Virus record (IMG/VR): IMGVR_UViG_3300035232_000745
DNA: 64,000 bases
From: a virus
Strand: one strand, 5' to 3'
The notes beneath the pieces are model-generated. The model saw only the letters and a program-made list of their open reading frames with translations, did not search any database and had not been told where the DNA came from. Of the stretch, positions 10,091-20,468 are shown piece by piece (the first letter of the stretch is position 1; each line of letters opens with the position of its first letter). The position numbers and the translations under genes are program-made.

Positions 10091-11719
10091 TTAAAATTCT
10101 AATACTAACTTGTATTCTTCTCTAGACATAAACGTTCTAGCAAGAGGAACAAAGTCTTCCATGAAGTATACTTGCCCTGTGCGCTGAATGTAGTCAGACT
10201 CTATAATATTATTTGCTGTAGGTGTATTTATGAACATTCTCTGCCCTGTAGAATTCACCAATGCTTTAGTTTGATCTATCGAAACGTCGTTATTAGCAGC
10301 ATTTTGATAAGGTCCCATATAATTAGATAAGAAAACTGTATTTGAGTTGGCATCGACTTCTTGAATTTTAGCTTTAAAAATAACTTCGTTATCTTCGTTA
10401 AATTGTTGAAGTGTATCGCCTGTAGCAGCATATGCTATATCATCAGTTTCTATCTCAATTCTATTATCAAATACATCTGGATATGTTCCGCTTGCAAATG
10501 ATGGGTTTTTTACGACTGCAATATGAGAATATGTACCAGTTTTTCCGATTTGATTGTTATCTGTTTCTGTAATATAACCATAGAATAATATATGTTTACA
10601 ATGTAATTCATCTATAAGATTATAACCGTGTCCACCGACAGGAGATAAGACTGGTCTTAAACTTGCTCTAATATCAATAGAGTTAGGATCTTCTGGATCA
10701 AAATCAAATATCGGATCTATAATTTTAGCAGTGACGTTTGTATAACCAGTGCCAGCATTCAAAATAAGTAGCGTAGATATATTTCCTTCTATAACATTAG
10801 CTACAGCAACAGCACCAGTTCCATCGCCTTCAATAAGGCATGTTGGTGAAATGGTGAAAGTCGCGATATTTGATACTTCGTCACCTAACGGATTGCCTTG
10901 TACTTTTGCTTTACCATATCCTGTTCCAGCTTCGAATACATAAGAATTAATCTTGTATAAGAATGATCTACCGTCAGAGTTGGTCAAGTATATAGACATA
11001 CCATTGTAATAATTTGTTATTTGATTAATACCGTCTGATCTTAAAGTAAGAGTTCCGTCATTACCTGGTGCAGCTGTCAATGTGCCTGATTGAGTTTTAT
11101 AACCGTTATTATCAATAGGGTTCGATACGAAAATATCAGAAATCTCAGAACCGTAAACTATATTGTTAGCATCAGCATTAGGATCTGGGTTTTGTACAAA
11201 ATAAGAACCAATTAATGGAACATAACCTATTGCGTTGTACGCTTCGAACTCTGCAGAACTTATAACATATAAGAACTTCCAAACATAACCGTCAGCAGTT
11301 CTATAAACTTGGCTAATGTTTTCTGGGTTCCAGTTCGGAGGAGCTGTAGATGCAGAACCGTTATTATTTGATAAGCATTTGAATACTCTATAATCGCCGG
11401 TATCATTGTTATTTGGACTTACTATGGCATAAAATCTTTTACCATCCATATCTTCCTGATCATCGTATTGAACATAAACAGCATCTTTTTGCCAATCATA
11501 AAACTTAATCATAAATTTTGTATCTGAGCCTAAGACTTTTTTACCAAACAAAGTATTTTCTAATAATTCGTTTGTATAATACTGAGCGTTCACTGCACTT
11601 TGCCGTGTTGTTCCACTAGTAATTGAAGATACGAGTACATAATAGTTATTAAGTTGAACGTCATCAAAAAACATTCTAGTTGTATCGTTCTTCATTTTTG
11701 AAGTTAATATCTCAGTCAT
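10091..11719 (-). CDS. gp8: Baseplate wedge subunit gp8-like
   Basis: YRVFKCLSNN...TADGYVWKFLY motif and C-terminal EEYKLVLEF; position in baseplate cluster. Confidence 0.8.
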   Translation of the reverse strand: MTEILTSKMKNDTTRMFFDDVQLNNYYVLVSSITSGTTRQSAVNAQYYTNELLENTLFGKKVLGSDTKFMIKFYDWQKDAVYVQYDDQEDMDGKRFYAIVSPNNNDTGDYRVFKCLSNNNGSASTAPPNWNPENISQVYRTADGYVWKFLYVISSAEFEAYNAIGYVPLIGSYFVQNPDPNADANNIVYGSEISDIFVSNPIDNNGYKTQSGTLTAAPGNDGTLTLRSDGINQITNYYNGMSIYLTNSDGRSFLYKINSYVFEAGTGYGKAKVQGNPLGDEVSNIATFTISPTCLIEGDGTGAVAVANVIEGNISTLLILNAGTGYTNVTAKIIDPIFDFDPEDPNSIDIRASLRPVLSPVGGHGYNLIDELHCKHILFYGYITETDNNQIGKTGTYSHIAVVKNPSFASGTYPDVFDNRIEIETDDIAYAATGDTLQQFNEDNEVIFKAKIQEVDANSNTVFLSNYMGPYQNAANNDVSIDQTKALVNSTGQRMFINTPTANNIIESDYIQRTGQVYFMEDFVPLARTFMSREEYKLVLEF

Positions 11720-11743
11720 TTCACCTAACCTGCTCTTTTGTAA

Positions 11744-11751
11744 TATTTATA
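11744..11751 (-). promoter_or_regulatory. T4-type late promoter TATAAATA
   Basis: Exact consensus upstream of gp8. Confidence 0.8.
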
Positions 11752-11761
11752 AACATTTCTA

Positions 11762-13420
11762 TTATCCTCTTGCTCTTACACGAGTTCTAGGATAAGTTTT
11801 ACCTGACGTAGGTCTATTTGCGAAATTTTTCTTAGGAAGCGTTGCTCCTGATAGTGGTCTTTGGTTTATCCATCTTAACATTCTATTTGGAGCACCTTGC
11901 AAACTATTTCTATCAGTTGCATCGTCTGTTCCTGTGTCCGCCATTTCACCTGTATTAGCGTTATCAACTATCCAAGCATGAGCTTGAGCTTGAGTTATAT
12001 TGGGCCAAGACTCTGCAAGCAATGCAACAACTCCTGTCACTTGTGGACCTGACATACTTGTTCCTTGATACTTGGTTAAATCATACGAACCATTCCTAGT
12101 GTCAGCAATACCGCCTGTATGTACGCTACTTTGAATACCTTCTCCACCAGCAAATATATCTACTTGATTACCGCAATTACTAAAGTTAGCTTTATCTTCG
12201 TTGACATCGTTTGATTGTGCACCTACATTGATAAGAGCAGCATATCCTGCAGCTGCACCGGTACCTCTATGTAAGTAACTTGTTTGTGTAAAACCATAAT
12301 ATGTGCATTTATATGTATTATTAAAATCTTGATCAGTAGAGTTTACAGTTTTCCAACTATCATTACCTGCTGAGCATACAACAATAATACCATCATCAAT
12401 GGCATCTTGTATATCCGCTTCACGCGAATTAAAATAATTTGGGATTGATATATCAACAATTGAATCACCAGCCCAAAAACCTCGTGCATTTAACTCTGCT
12501 GAAGTTAAGTCTCTACCAGGTGCAAACGTAACACCTCTATAATTTACTTCTGTCACTGGTCCGTAATTTCCGTAGTTTACTCTTTTAGAACTTCCATAAC
12601 TATTATTAGTTATAGTAGGATTACGTCTACCTGTCTCGGGATTAATTGGCTTTGAATTGTGCCATGCTCTAATATAATCCCAAAATGTACTACTACTAAG
12701 TCCCAAATTACCCCAATTTGGATTAGAACCGTAAGGACTAATGTTATATATATTTGCTTGACGTGCCCAACCTTGAGTATTACCTGCTACTGTTCCTGCG
12801 CAATGGCAACCATGGTTTTGGTCAAGATTATAATTTGCATCAGATACATCTACGTAAGGTGTATAAACGTAAGTTCCAGTTCCGAGTCCTATATTATTTT
12901 GAAACCAATTATATTGAACAACTCTGCTTCCACCTGTGCCATTTGAATTAACAGCAAACTCTGGATGTGCAGGGTCAATGTGGCCATCAATAATAACAAC
13001 ATCAACATTTTTACCTGCCGCAGTCACGGTAACTGTATCTGTTACGTTGCTACTACCGTTTGCACCCCAATTACTTCTGTTTGTTACTTCGGTATGTCTT
13101 AATAATCCCCAGTTTTTATCTGATTCGTCTGTAAACCAATCTTTTGAAAAAGTTCCAGTAGTAGTCCAACCCATTGGCCTTGTTGTTTCTTCTAATTCTA
13201 TCGCAAGATCAACGCCAACAACTCTTTTGTCTGCTCTTACTTCTTCAGCTTCTTCCCACGTCAGCATATAATGTGTATTACGACTAATCATTCTTCGGTT
13301 TACTAGTTCTACTTTACGATCAGGTATAGTTATAGAACCACCTGGTGTTTCCATATCATCGTAAAAATCATTTAGATCTTCTTTACTGCGTAGAGTAACA
13401 ATCCATTCGAACTTTTGCAT
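11762..13420 (-). CDS. Subtilisin-like serine protease (S8)
   Basis: Catalytic motifs VVIIDG, HGCHCAGTVAG, SAGN (oxyanion) and GTSMSGPQVTG; N-terminal prodomain-like segment. Confidence 0.9.
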   Translation of the reverse strand: MQKFEWIVTLRSKEDLNDFYDDMETPGGSITIPDRKVELVNRRMISRNTHYMLTWEEAEEVRADKRVVGVDLAIELEETTRPMGWTTTGTFSKDWFTDESDKNWGLLRHTEVTNRSNWGANGSSNVTDTVTVTAAGKNVDVVIIDGHIDPAHPEFAVNSNGTGGSRVVQYNWFQNNIGLGTGTYVYTPYVDVSDANYNLDQNHGCHCAGTVAGNTQGWARQANIYNISPYGSNPNWGNLGLSSSTFWDYIRAWHNSKPINPETGRRNPTITNNSYGSSKRVNYGNYGPVTEVNYRGVTFAPGRDLTSAELNARGFWAGDSIVDISIPNYFNSREADIQDAIDDGIIVVCSAGNDSWKTVNSTDQDFNNTYKCTYYGFTQTSYLHRGTGAAAGYAALINVGAQSNDVNEDKANFSNCGNQVDIFAGGEGIQSSVHTGGIADTRNGSYDLTKYQGTSMSGPQVTGVVALLAESWPNITQAQAHAWIVDNANTGEMADTGTDDATDRNSLQGAPNRMLRWINQRPLSGATLPKKNFANRPTSGKTYPRTRVRARG

Positions 13421-13421
13421 G

Positions 13422-14405
13422 TTATGCCTCTAGTTTTAAAACATTAAGGGTTATTGTATGCACGGCTGACGAACCATGTTTACTTCTTACCTTAACTGGT
13501 ATGTTTGTTGTCGGTGTTGTTTCTAAATTATAACCTATAGTAGCAGGACCAATAACAACAGTTTCAGCGCCTGCAGTAATTACCTCGGCAATGATGCCGG
13601 CATCTGGTGCAGGATCTTCAGTCTCAAGTCTGGAATTATCTGCTGTTCGAGCTGAGTTACTTGTATAAAGAGTTACCCATGCTGCATGGCTTGTTTCAAT
13701 AGTCATTAATGCGTATGCTTTATGTCCAACAATATCAATGTCAGTTGAAACTCCGTTTGCAATGGATGCTGTGTTCGCAGAAACTTCGGCTCGCGTTTCT
13801 AAAGTACCACCTCCGCCACCGCCACCGATTTCGGAATAATCTGCTAATCTAACCCAAGAACCTGCGTGTGCGTAATATGCTTTACCAGTTCCATGTACGT
13901 GAGCAAACATACCATGATAACTGCTAGCCGAAGGTAAATCGCCTTCTGCGGAATATACATTACTAAATAGTATTTTGTTGCTACCCATATCTAAGTCTGA
14001 ACTAGTTACAACATTTATAACTTCTGTGTTAGATAAACCACCACCACCGCCACCTGATGCAGCGTCAATCCAATCATAGTCTGAGCCATCCCAAGATAAT
14101 ATTTGGTTTGTATTAGCTGTACTTGTATTTAAATGAGTATCAACATCAGAGTTAGCATAACCTGCTGCTTGATCCTGGAATGTGATAACTCCAGCACCGT
14201 TTGTTGTAAGCACTTGCCCGTTAGTACCGTCATTAACCCAATATAATAAACTCGTAGGTCCGCCAGTTAACGAAGCATATGCTCCATCGAATGATGCGTC
14301 GTATAACTCGGTAAAGTTAGCATTGACTTTAACCATAGCATTACGTAACGGATCTCCTGTTCCGTCATTGGCGCTTGCGCCTACTCCGATAATTTGTTTT
14401 GCCAT
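13422..14405 (-). CDS. Baseplate/tail-fibre connector protein with gp9/gp10-type N-terminus
   Basis: MAKQIIGVGASANDGTGDPLRNAMVKVNANFTELY is the gp9/gp10 N-terminal motif. Confidence 0.75.
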   Translation of the reverse strand: MAKQIIGVGASANDGTGDPLRNAMVKVNANFTELYDASFDGAYASLTGGPTSLLYWVNDGTNGQVLTTNGAGVITFQDQAAGYANSDVDTHLNTSTANTNQILSWDGSDYDWIDAASGGGGGGLSNTEVINVVTSSDLDMGSNKILFSNVYSAEGDLPSASSYHGMFAHVHGTGKAYYAHAGSWVRLADYSEIGGGGGGGTLETRAEVSANTASIANGVSTDIDIVGHKAYALMTIETSHAAWVTLYTSNSARTADNSRLETEDPAPDAGIIAEVITAGAETVVIGPATIGYNLETTPTTNIPVKVRSKHGSSAVHTITLNVLKLEA

Positions 14406-14432
14406 TTTCTGCTCCTAAGGTATTTTACCTAT

Positions 14433-16688
14433 TTATCCTGCGGTATCTACTCGCAAATTTATACTGTCTACTGAAATTGTATTTCTATCTGCGCTATAAA
14501 CTATTACGCCTTCTATTCCTGGTTGGTTTGGTCCGACTATAGGATCACCGCCAATTAACGGATCTTCCTTCTTAGCTACAAACATTCTCGCTGATACACC
14601 AACTACAGATTTTTTATTGTAAGTAAATTTACCAAATAATCTTGTACCGGCCAAATGAACGTTTTGTTTAAGTGTATCTCTATATGTTTCTATATCTACA
14701 GTAGATCTAATTTCATAAGAATATTCTTGATAGAAATCTGAATCGTGTAATTTATTTCGCGAATCATAATAAGTTCCATCTGTTTTATAACCGTTTAAGT
14801 GTGATGTTTCTCCACCCCAGAAACCAGCTGAAATACCCTGCGCGTCAGCTGTCATAGTACCTTTAGCAACTATATTACCATCGTCGTCTGTTAAGAAAAC
14901 TGTTTCTCCGTTAATATAGCCGAAACCAGAATTAAGAATTTTAACTTCTGAGACTCTACCAGTAGCAAACAATGTTTTTGATATCATCTTAGCATTTTTA
15001 CCATACTGATTTGAACCGTAGTCTCTTTCAGTAGAAATAATATCGTATGTTGTTCCCTTATGTACGATATCTGTTTCGTCAAATCCGTAATACGCATATG
15101 GTCTCACAGTAATAAAACTATTGTCGGGATTAATACTTGTAATAATACCGTTCACACCAGAACTAGCTTGAGAAATTGGATCTCCAACCGAGAATAAAGC
15201 ACTAAAATTATCGACAATAATAACTTGTTCATATCTTTCAAAAGATATCATAGTCTCATCTCGAACTAATGTAAATACGTCGTTAATATAATCTGATCCA
15301 GGGTTGATGTTCTCGAACGATCCTATAGAACCAATTGTAAACGGTGTTAAATCAAAAGCTGAGTTAAGAGGCGTAGCTAAAGTTACTGGATTTGCTGTAC
15401 CACTCATAGGAGCAGTAGCAGGAGGAACAGTATTGAAATTAGCAGAGTTTAAAGGTACTGATAAGAACCCAGAAATAACGTCAGTAATAAGACTAATTGT
15501 TTGTGAGTTTGAAAGTACTTCTACTTTAACGTCGTTAACATCGCCAGTATCTGGATATAAAAGACCAGGTGAACTGTCATTTTTTGCTGCTATTTTTAAA
15601 ATGTTATTAATAGTTATATTACTCGTTCTATCTACTGTATTAATTATACTATTCTGAACGAATTCATCACCAACATCCATTAGTAAACCAACTGACGAAG
15701 CATTTTGGCCTATAACTTTACCTCTATTTCCGAAATTATCTTCTAAATATTCTAATTCAACAAAAATAGAATTAGGATTTTGTAATATTAAAGACTGGTT
15801 AGAAACAAGAAGTCTTGTATTTTCTATCGTATAACCAAACCCGCCATCTTCTAATGTATAGTTAACTATCCCAGTAAATTCATCTTCAGTATCAGTTACA
15901 ATACACGTGGCGCCTTTTCCGTAAGTAGAAGTAATGTTAAGAATATCACCTATAGAATTACCTGTAGTTCCGCCATAGTTTAAATCTATTTCTACACCAG
16001 AAGCAGAACCGTTTACAATACCGAACGAAACATCTTGGCCATTTATTCTAGCGACGACATCGTCATATCTTTGGAACTTACCTTTAACTTGGTTTATGTA
16101 GATAATCGGAGTTAATGTATTATTTAAAAGAATAAGGTTAATTTTATCTACAGCAGCTTTTGCGTGAGAAGTTGAACCAACAATATTTTTATTTAACAAG
16201 TCTCCGTAATTATAATATGTTACGCCGTCTCTTGCGTAAAACGTACCAGAGTTTGGAATTAATTGTAAGAATTCACCAGTACGCCAATTAGAATCTGATG
16301 GTTTAAATATATTATTAGAAGGATTATAGATTTGAATATCTTCTTGATAGAACATTCTAAAAAAGAGTGTAATACCGTTTTCTGAACCCTTTCTTCTATA
16401 AAGAGCAAGAATATTCTTTACCAATAATCTAACACTTGAATCATCTAATAAAGGTAAATCTACTAAGTATTTCTTCTGAAAGAATATAATCATAGATTGA
16501 AGTGTAGTAGTAATATCGCGGTATTCAAACATTCTTCTGCTATTATAAACAGCTTGGTTTGATTGAGTCTCCATAAACTTATAATAGTCAGTAACTAAAG
16601 ATACTAATTCATTTTGTTCTTCTCTGTATATCGCAGGAAACTGTTGCTCTATTTTAAACGCAATATTCTTTTCTACATCGTAGGCCAT
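14433..16688 (-). CDS. gp7: Baseplate wedge initiator gp7-like
   Basis: LYRRKGSENGITLFFRMFY and LHDSDFYQEYSYEI...HLAGTRLFG motifs; follows gp6. Confidence 0.75.
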   Translation of the reverse strand: MAYDVEKNIAFKIEQQFPAIYREEQNELVSLVTDYYKFMETQSNQAVYNSRRMFEYRDITTTLQSMIIFFQKKYLVDLPLLDDSSVRLLVKNILALYRRKGSENGITLFFRMFYQEDIQIYNPSNNIFKPSDSNWRTGEFLQLIPNSGTFYARDGVTYYNYGDLLNKNIVGSTSHAKAAVDKINLILLNNTLTPIIYINQVKGKFQRYDDVVARINGQDVSFGIVNGSASGVEIDLNYGGTTGNSIGDILNITSTYGKGATCIVTDTEDEFTGIVNYTLEDGGFGYTIENTRLLVSNQSLILQNPNSIFVELEYLEDNFGNRGKVIGQNASSVGLLMDVGDEFVQNSIINTVDRTSNITINNILKIAAKNDSSPGLLYPDTGDVNDVKVEVLSNSQTISLITDVISGFLSVPLNSANFNTVPPATAPMSGTANPVTLATPLNSAFDLTPFTIGSIGSFENINPGSDYINDVFTLVRDETMISFERYEQVIIVDNFSALFSVGDPISQASSGVNGIITSINPDNSFITVRPYAYYGFDETDIVHKGTTYDIISTERDYGSNQYGKNAKMISKTLFATGRVSEVKILNSGFGYINGETVFLTDDDGNIVAKGTMTADAQGISAGFWGGETSHLNGYKTDGTYYDSRNKLHDSDFYQEYSYEIRSTVDIETYRDTLKQNVHLAGTRLFGKFTYNKKSVVGVSARMFVAKKEDPLIGGDPIVGPNQPGIEGVIVYSADRNTISVDSINLRVDTAG

Positions 16689-18478
16689 TATTTAGACTCT
16701 ATTAAATTAATTGTTACATCTGAATTTTTGATTGCGAATATTCTACCGTTAGGTGTAGTAATATCTTTCTTTAAAGTTGTAGCCATAAATTTAATTCCAG
16801 AACCAACATAACCATCTGTAATAAATCCAACAAGATTAACTTCTCCTGTTATATAATTTACACTACCAACTTTAGGTTTAACAACTTTTGGATTTGCGAT
16901 ATCGTCTGCGATAACTTGCATGTTCCCTCTACCATCGTCTTGTAAATAAACATTAGAACCGTTCATAGAGTATACACCGCTTTTAATAGCAGGCTTATAA
17001 TTAGTAAATCCGTCTTCTTCATCGAAAGGATAAGGTTTAACCAGCTCAGCTACAAATTTAAATGAAGGATTTAAAGATATATTTAAGTTTGGTGAAAATT
17101 CAATATAAGGCATTACTGTTATACTTGAACTTACGACAGAAATATCTGTTGCGTCTACCGCAGCAGCAAGTTTAGATATTCTTAATGTTTTATTAAAGTC
17201 ATCTAAATAAGTATCGGAATAAAGTTTAACAGCGTCTCTTACTAATGTATCGATATCGCCAGAAGATTTACGAGTAAGTTTAGGATTGTAATACACATCG
17301 ACAGTAGTACAACCATATAAAAATTCAGAAGTTACAAAAACAGGCTCAATAGCTAGAGGAGATCTTTCTTTTAAAAACTGTATATAAGTATTTGATAAAG
17401 TAGTTGATAAAGATTCTTGACCCTGACCTAAATAAACAGAAATGGCTACCTTACCAAATTGAGGAGGTTCTAAATCTTCTCCACCATAAGCAGCTACAGA
17501 TTGAATTTCTGGATAGTTTTGTTTTAATAAGATTTCGTAATCTGAAGTAGTTACTGCTCTTTCTTGTATTTGTAATGACTTAGGTGCAAAGTAACGAATG
17601 CTTTCCATCGTTTCTCTTTCAGATCCACCTGCAGCGTTTTGTATAGTTTCTACTACAGCAGCGCCATAGTTTGTAGCTAATGAGAAAGCAAAAGCTCCGT
17701 TACCTTCAGTTCCAGAAGTAATTCTATAACGTACTCTTACATCTTCGAATTCTTGTGGTTGGAAACCAAATACGTTATTACCAAAATAAACTGTATAACG
17801 ACCATCTACATAAGGCTCTATATAGAAAACTTTATCTGTGGCTCCAACTCCAAAAATATCATTTTTTCTTGCAAATACGTTTTCATCTTCAGTAGCTTCA
17901 GCGTCAACGAAAACTGCTATTGAATCAGTATCTGCGTTTTCGTTTGAAAGAGTAACTCTTAATATGCCATCTTCATCAACAAAGAAACCTTCTCGTTCAA
18001 AGCTTGCTAACATTTGACCTTCAAAAATTTCTACATTTTCAGCAACAAAAGTATTAGGTGCAGTTTTCTTAGCTACGTAAGTTTCATTAGTAACAAACTC
18101 AAAGTTCTCTCCGTTATAATTTGAAGTAAACGGTGAATATTGAGGTATAGTAATCGTTTGGCCTGTGACTGTGCTATCTGTAAAAGTTACTTTAACGATA
18201 GCTTTAGCGGATTTTCTTGAACCAGGTAAATAGTTTAATTCTTTAGCATGAGAAACAATCGAGTTTCTTAATACCGCAGAGTCAAGAAACATTTCGTTAA
18301 TTGCCATATTTGAATAAAAGTTATTCTGATAAGTGTTATAAGCTAAAACATCTAACAATACAGACATGTTAGAACCTTCGAAGTTATAATCTTTAAACTG
18401 CGTCTGAGATTGCAGATATGTTTTAAATTGTGATTTTACTGCTTCAAAGTCAAGCTCTGAAATATTTAGTTTAACCAT
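16688..18478 (-). CDS. gp6: Baseplate wedge subunit gp6
   Basis: LDFEAVKSQFKTYL..DYNFEGSNMSVLLDVLAYNT, QERAVTTSDYE. Confidence 0.92.
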   Translation of the reverse strand: MVKLNISELDFEAVKSQFKTYLQSQTQFKDYNFEGSNMSVLLDVLAYNTYQNNFYSNMAINEMFLDSAVLRNSIVSHAKELNYLPGSRKSAKAIVKVTFTDSTVTGQTITIPQYSPFTSNYNGENFEFVTNETYVAKKTAPNTFVAENVEIFEGQMLASFEREGFFVDEDGILRVTLSNENADTDSIAVFVDAEATEDENVFARKNDIFGVGATDKVFYIEPYVDGRYTVYFGNNVFGFQPQEFEDVRVRYRITSGTEGNGAFAFSLATNYGAAVVETIQNAAGGSERETMESIRYFAPKSLQIQERAVTTSDYEILLKQNYPEIQSVAAYGGEDLEPPQFGKVAISVYLGQGQESLSTTLSNTYIQFLKERSPLAIEPVFVTSEFLYGCTTVDVYYNPKLTRKSSGDIDTLVRDAVKLYSDTYLDDFNKTLRISKLAAAVDATDISVVSSSITVMPYIEFSPNLNISLNPSFKFVAELVKPYPFDEEDGFTNYKPAIKSGVYSMNGSNVYLQDDGRGNMQVIADDIANPKVVKPKVGSVNYITGEVNLVGFITDGYVGSGIKFMATTLKKDITTPNGRIFAIKNSDVTINLIESK

Positions 18479-18479
18479 C

Positions 18480-18896
18480 TTATCTGGTCCTCTCTAGAAA
18501 TACGTCAACAGAAATTGGTTGTTGGTTGTTCCTTATATAAAAATGAACCGCGATTTTAACTACGTTATCATCAATATTAGAAGTTACTATTACATCGATT
18601 ATTTCTGCTCTTGGCTCGTATAAGTTTACGCAAGTTCTTACTTGATCTTCGATCATTGTTAAAACGCCAGGCGAAATATTTTCAAAGAGCATAGCTCTTA
18701 TATTACCACCTAAGTTAGGTTGCATAAGTCTTTCACCTCTGTCGGTGAGTAATAAATTCTTAATAGATTCTTTTACTGCGTCTTCATCTTTATGTAATGT
18801 TAAATCGTCTGACACAGGACTTATCTCAAGACTTTTCTTAAAGTCAGAATAAATCGCAATCTTTTTTGTTTTTGCTGTAACTAATGCTACTACCAT
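18480..18896 (-). CDS. gp25: Baseplate wedge subunit gp25
   Basis: AVKESIKNLLLTDRGERLMQPNLG...YEPR. Confidence 0.92.
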   Translation of the reverse strand: MVVALVTAKTKKIAIYSDFKKSLEISPVSDDLTLHKDEDAVKESIKNLLLTDRGERLMQPNLGGNIRAMLFENISPGVLTMIEDQVRTCVNLYEPRAEIIDVIVTSNIDDNVVKIAVHFYIRNNQQPISVDVFLERTR

Positions 18897-18905
18897 TTGT
18901 TTTTC

Positions 18906-20468
18906 CTATAAACCCCAGCTTCTGGGTCGACCGACGTCTACGTGTATAAATCTGTTATAATAACCAATACCACCGAAACCCATCTCTCTTGCTAGCTTAA
19001 CAAAGTTATTTGTATTATCACTAACTTTAACAAAACCAGGCCATTTTAAATCAGCAGCCTTACCTAGTAAGTGCATACTTTTCTTTGCGGAACCGTTTAA
19101 ACCAGCGTTATACTGTTGGCTTCTCCATCCGCTATTTAAAGTCATTGGTCCGTTAATAATCTCTCTTTCTATCATTTTTGCATGTAATCTCATAAGTAAA
19201 ACTCTAAAATCCATATCCATTTTATTCCAGCCATCTTCTTTGAGTATATTAACCCAACCACCTTCGATTCTTATCTTATCATGAGTATTATCTTTTATTT
19301 CATCCCATTTTGGTACATTTTTATATTCTTGTATAGTACCAGTTTGAACATTACCAGCTTCTACAAAAAGTTCCTTAGATCTATTTATTAGAATCATGCG
19401 AGCCGTCTCGTCAAAACGTATAGCTCCGGCTCTTAAAGTTTCTGCTTGAGCTATGCCAGATGCATTTTTAAGAGTATTAACGGTATTAATAAATCTATCT
19501 ACAGCGTTATCTACTGGCTTTTTTAGTCCGCTAACAATTGACTCGATACCAGCTGCAAATCCACAAATTCTTGCAATAAGAAATTGTATTTCAGAAATAG
19601 ATGGATTATCAAATAATGAAACAGAGTAATCAATCATACCTTTAATTTTATTTTCAATTTTTTCCATGTTTTCTTTTGAGAAAAATTTTGTGATAGACTC
19701 TTGTAATTCACTTATTTTTTTACCGGCTTTATTTTGTATTGAAGTAACTACATCTGATAATGCTTCAGCCACATCAAAGTTTTTTATTGCATCTTTTATT
19801 TTATTAACTGCACCCATAACTGCTTTAGTTACTTTTTCTTTGATCGCCTCAATAAGAGCTTTAACTTTAATCGCATCAAATAGAGCTTTAAGCGGATCTT
19901 TAATATTTCTAATCTTTGATATAAATGATAAAGCATCACCGATTAATCCTCCGACTTCTCCAATTAAAAAGAAGAAACCTCCTATTGCACCAAATACATT
20001 TGGCATTAAAGAACAAAAACCTCCCATGACTGAGTCTGCAAACGATTCTGTATAAAAATCATCTAAGGATTTTAAAAACTTAGGTGTTTCAGTACTCGCA
20101 CGATAATTCGCACCAGTAGGAGATGTACTATAATCTGAAAGATATTGCGCAAACTCAAACGGTGTTATAGGTCCAACCTTAAGTCTTTCATTTAAAGTTG
20201 TATAATTTGGTACTTGTAAAACAATTCCTGTATTAGTTAGCGTACTGTTTAGGATATTAAGATTATCATAAAAAGTAGATGAACCATGTTTTTTAACAGC
20301 TGCAGAGATAGGATCATCTTGCGCAGTAACTGTCATGTTTTCCTTAAACCCAGCTTCGAATATAGCAATCTGAGAAAGAGTAAATTCTCCGTTTTGATTA
20401 GAAGAAGCGGTTGAAGATGATATTTCAACGCGTCCTTCATCAGGTGTTAAACAATTGTCGATACTCAT
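18906..20468 (-). CDS. Virion-associated protein with C-terminal M15 (D-Ala-D-Ala-type) Zn peptidase domain
   Basis: SGWRS..YN...SMHLLGKAAD...GIGYYNRFIHVDV motif after a long helical N-terminal region. Confidence 0.82.
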   Translation of the reverse strand: MSIDNCLTPDEGRVEISSSTASSNQNGEFTLSQIAIFEAGFKENMTVTAQDDPISAAVKKHGSSTFYDNLNILNSTLTNTGIVLQVPNYTTLNERLKVGPITPFEFAQYLSDYSTSPTGANYRASTETPKFLKSLDDFYTESFADSVMGGFCSLMPNVFGAIGGFFFLIGEVGGLIGDALSFISKIRNIKDPLKALFDAIKVKALIEAIKEKVTKAVMGAVNKIKDAIKNFDVAEALSDVVTSIQNKAGKKISELQESITKFFSKENMEKIENKIKGMIDYSVSLFDNPSISEIQFLIARICGFAAGIESIVSGLKKPVDNAVDRFINTVNTLKNASGIAQAETLRAGAIRFDETARMILINRSKELFVEAGNVQTGTIQEYKNVPKWDEIKDNTHDKIRIEGGWVNILKEDGWNKMDMDFRVLLMRLHAKMIEREIINGPMTLNSGWRSQQYNAGLNGSAKKSMHLLGKAADLKWPGFVKVSDNTNNFVKLAREMGFGGIGYYNRFIHVDVGRPRSWGL

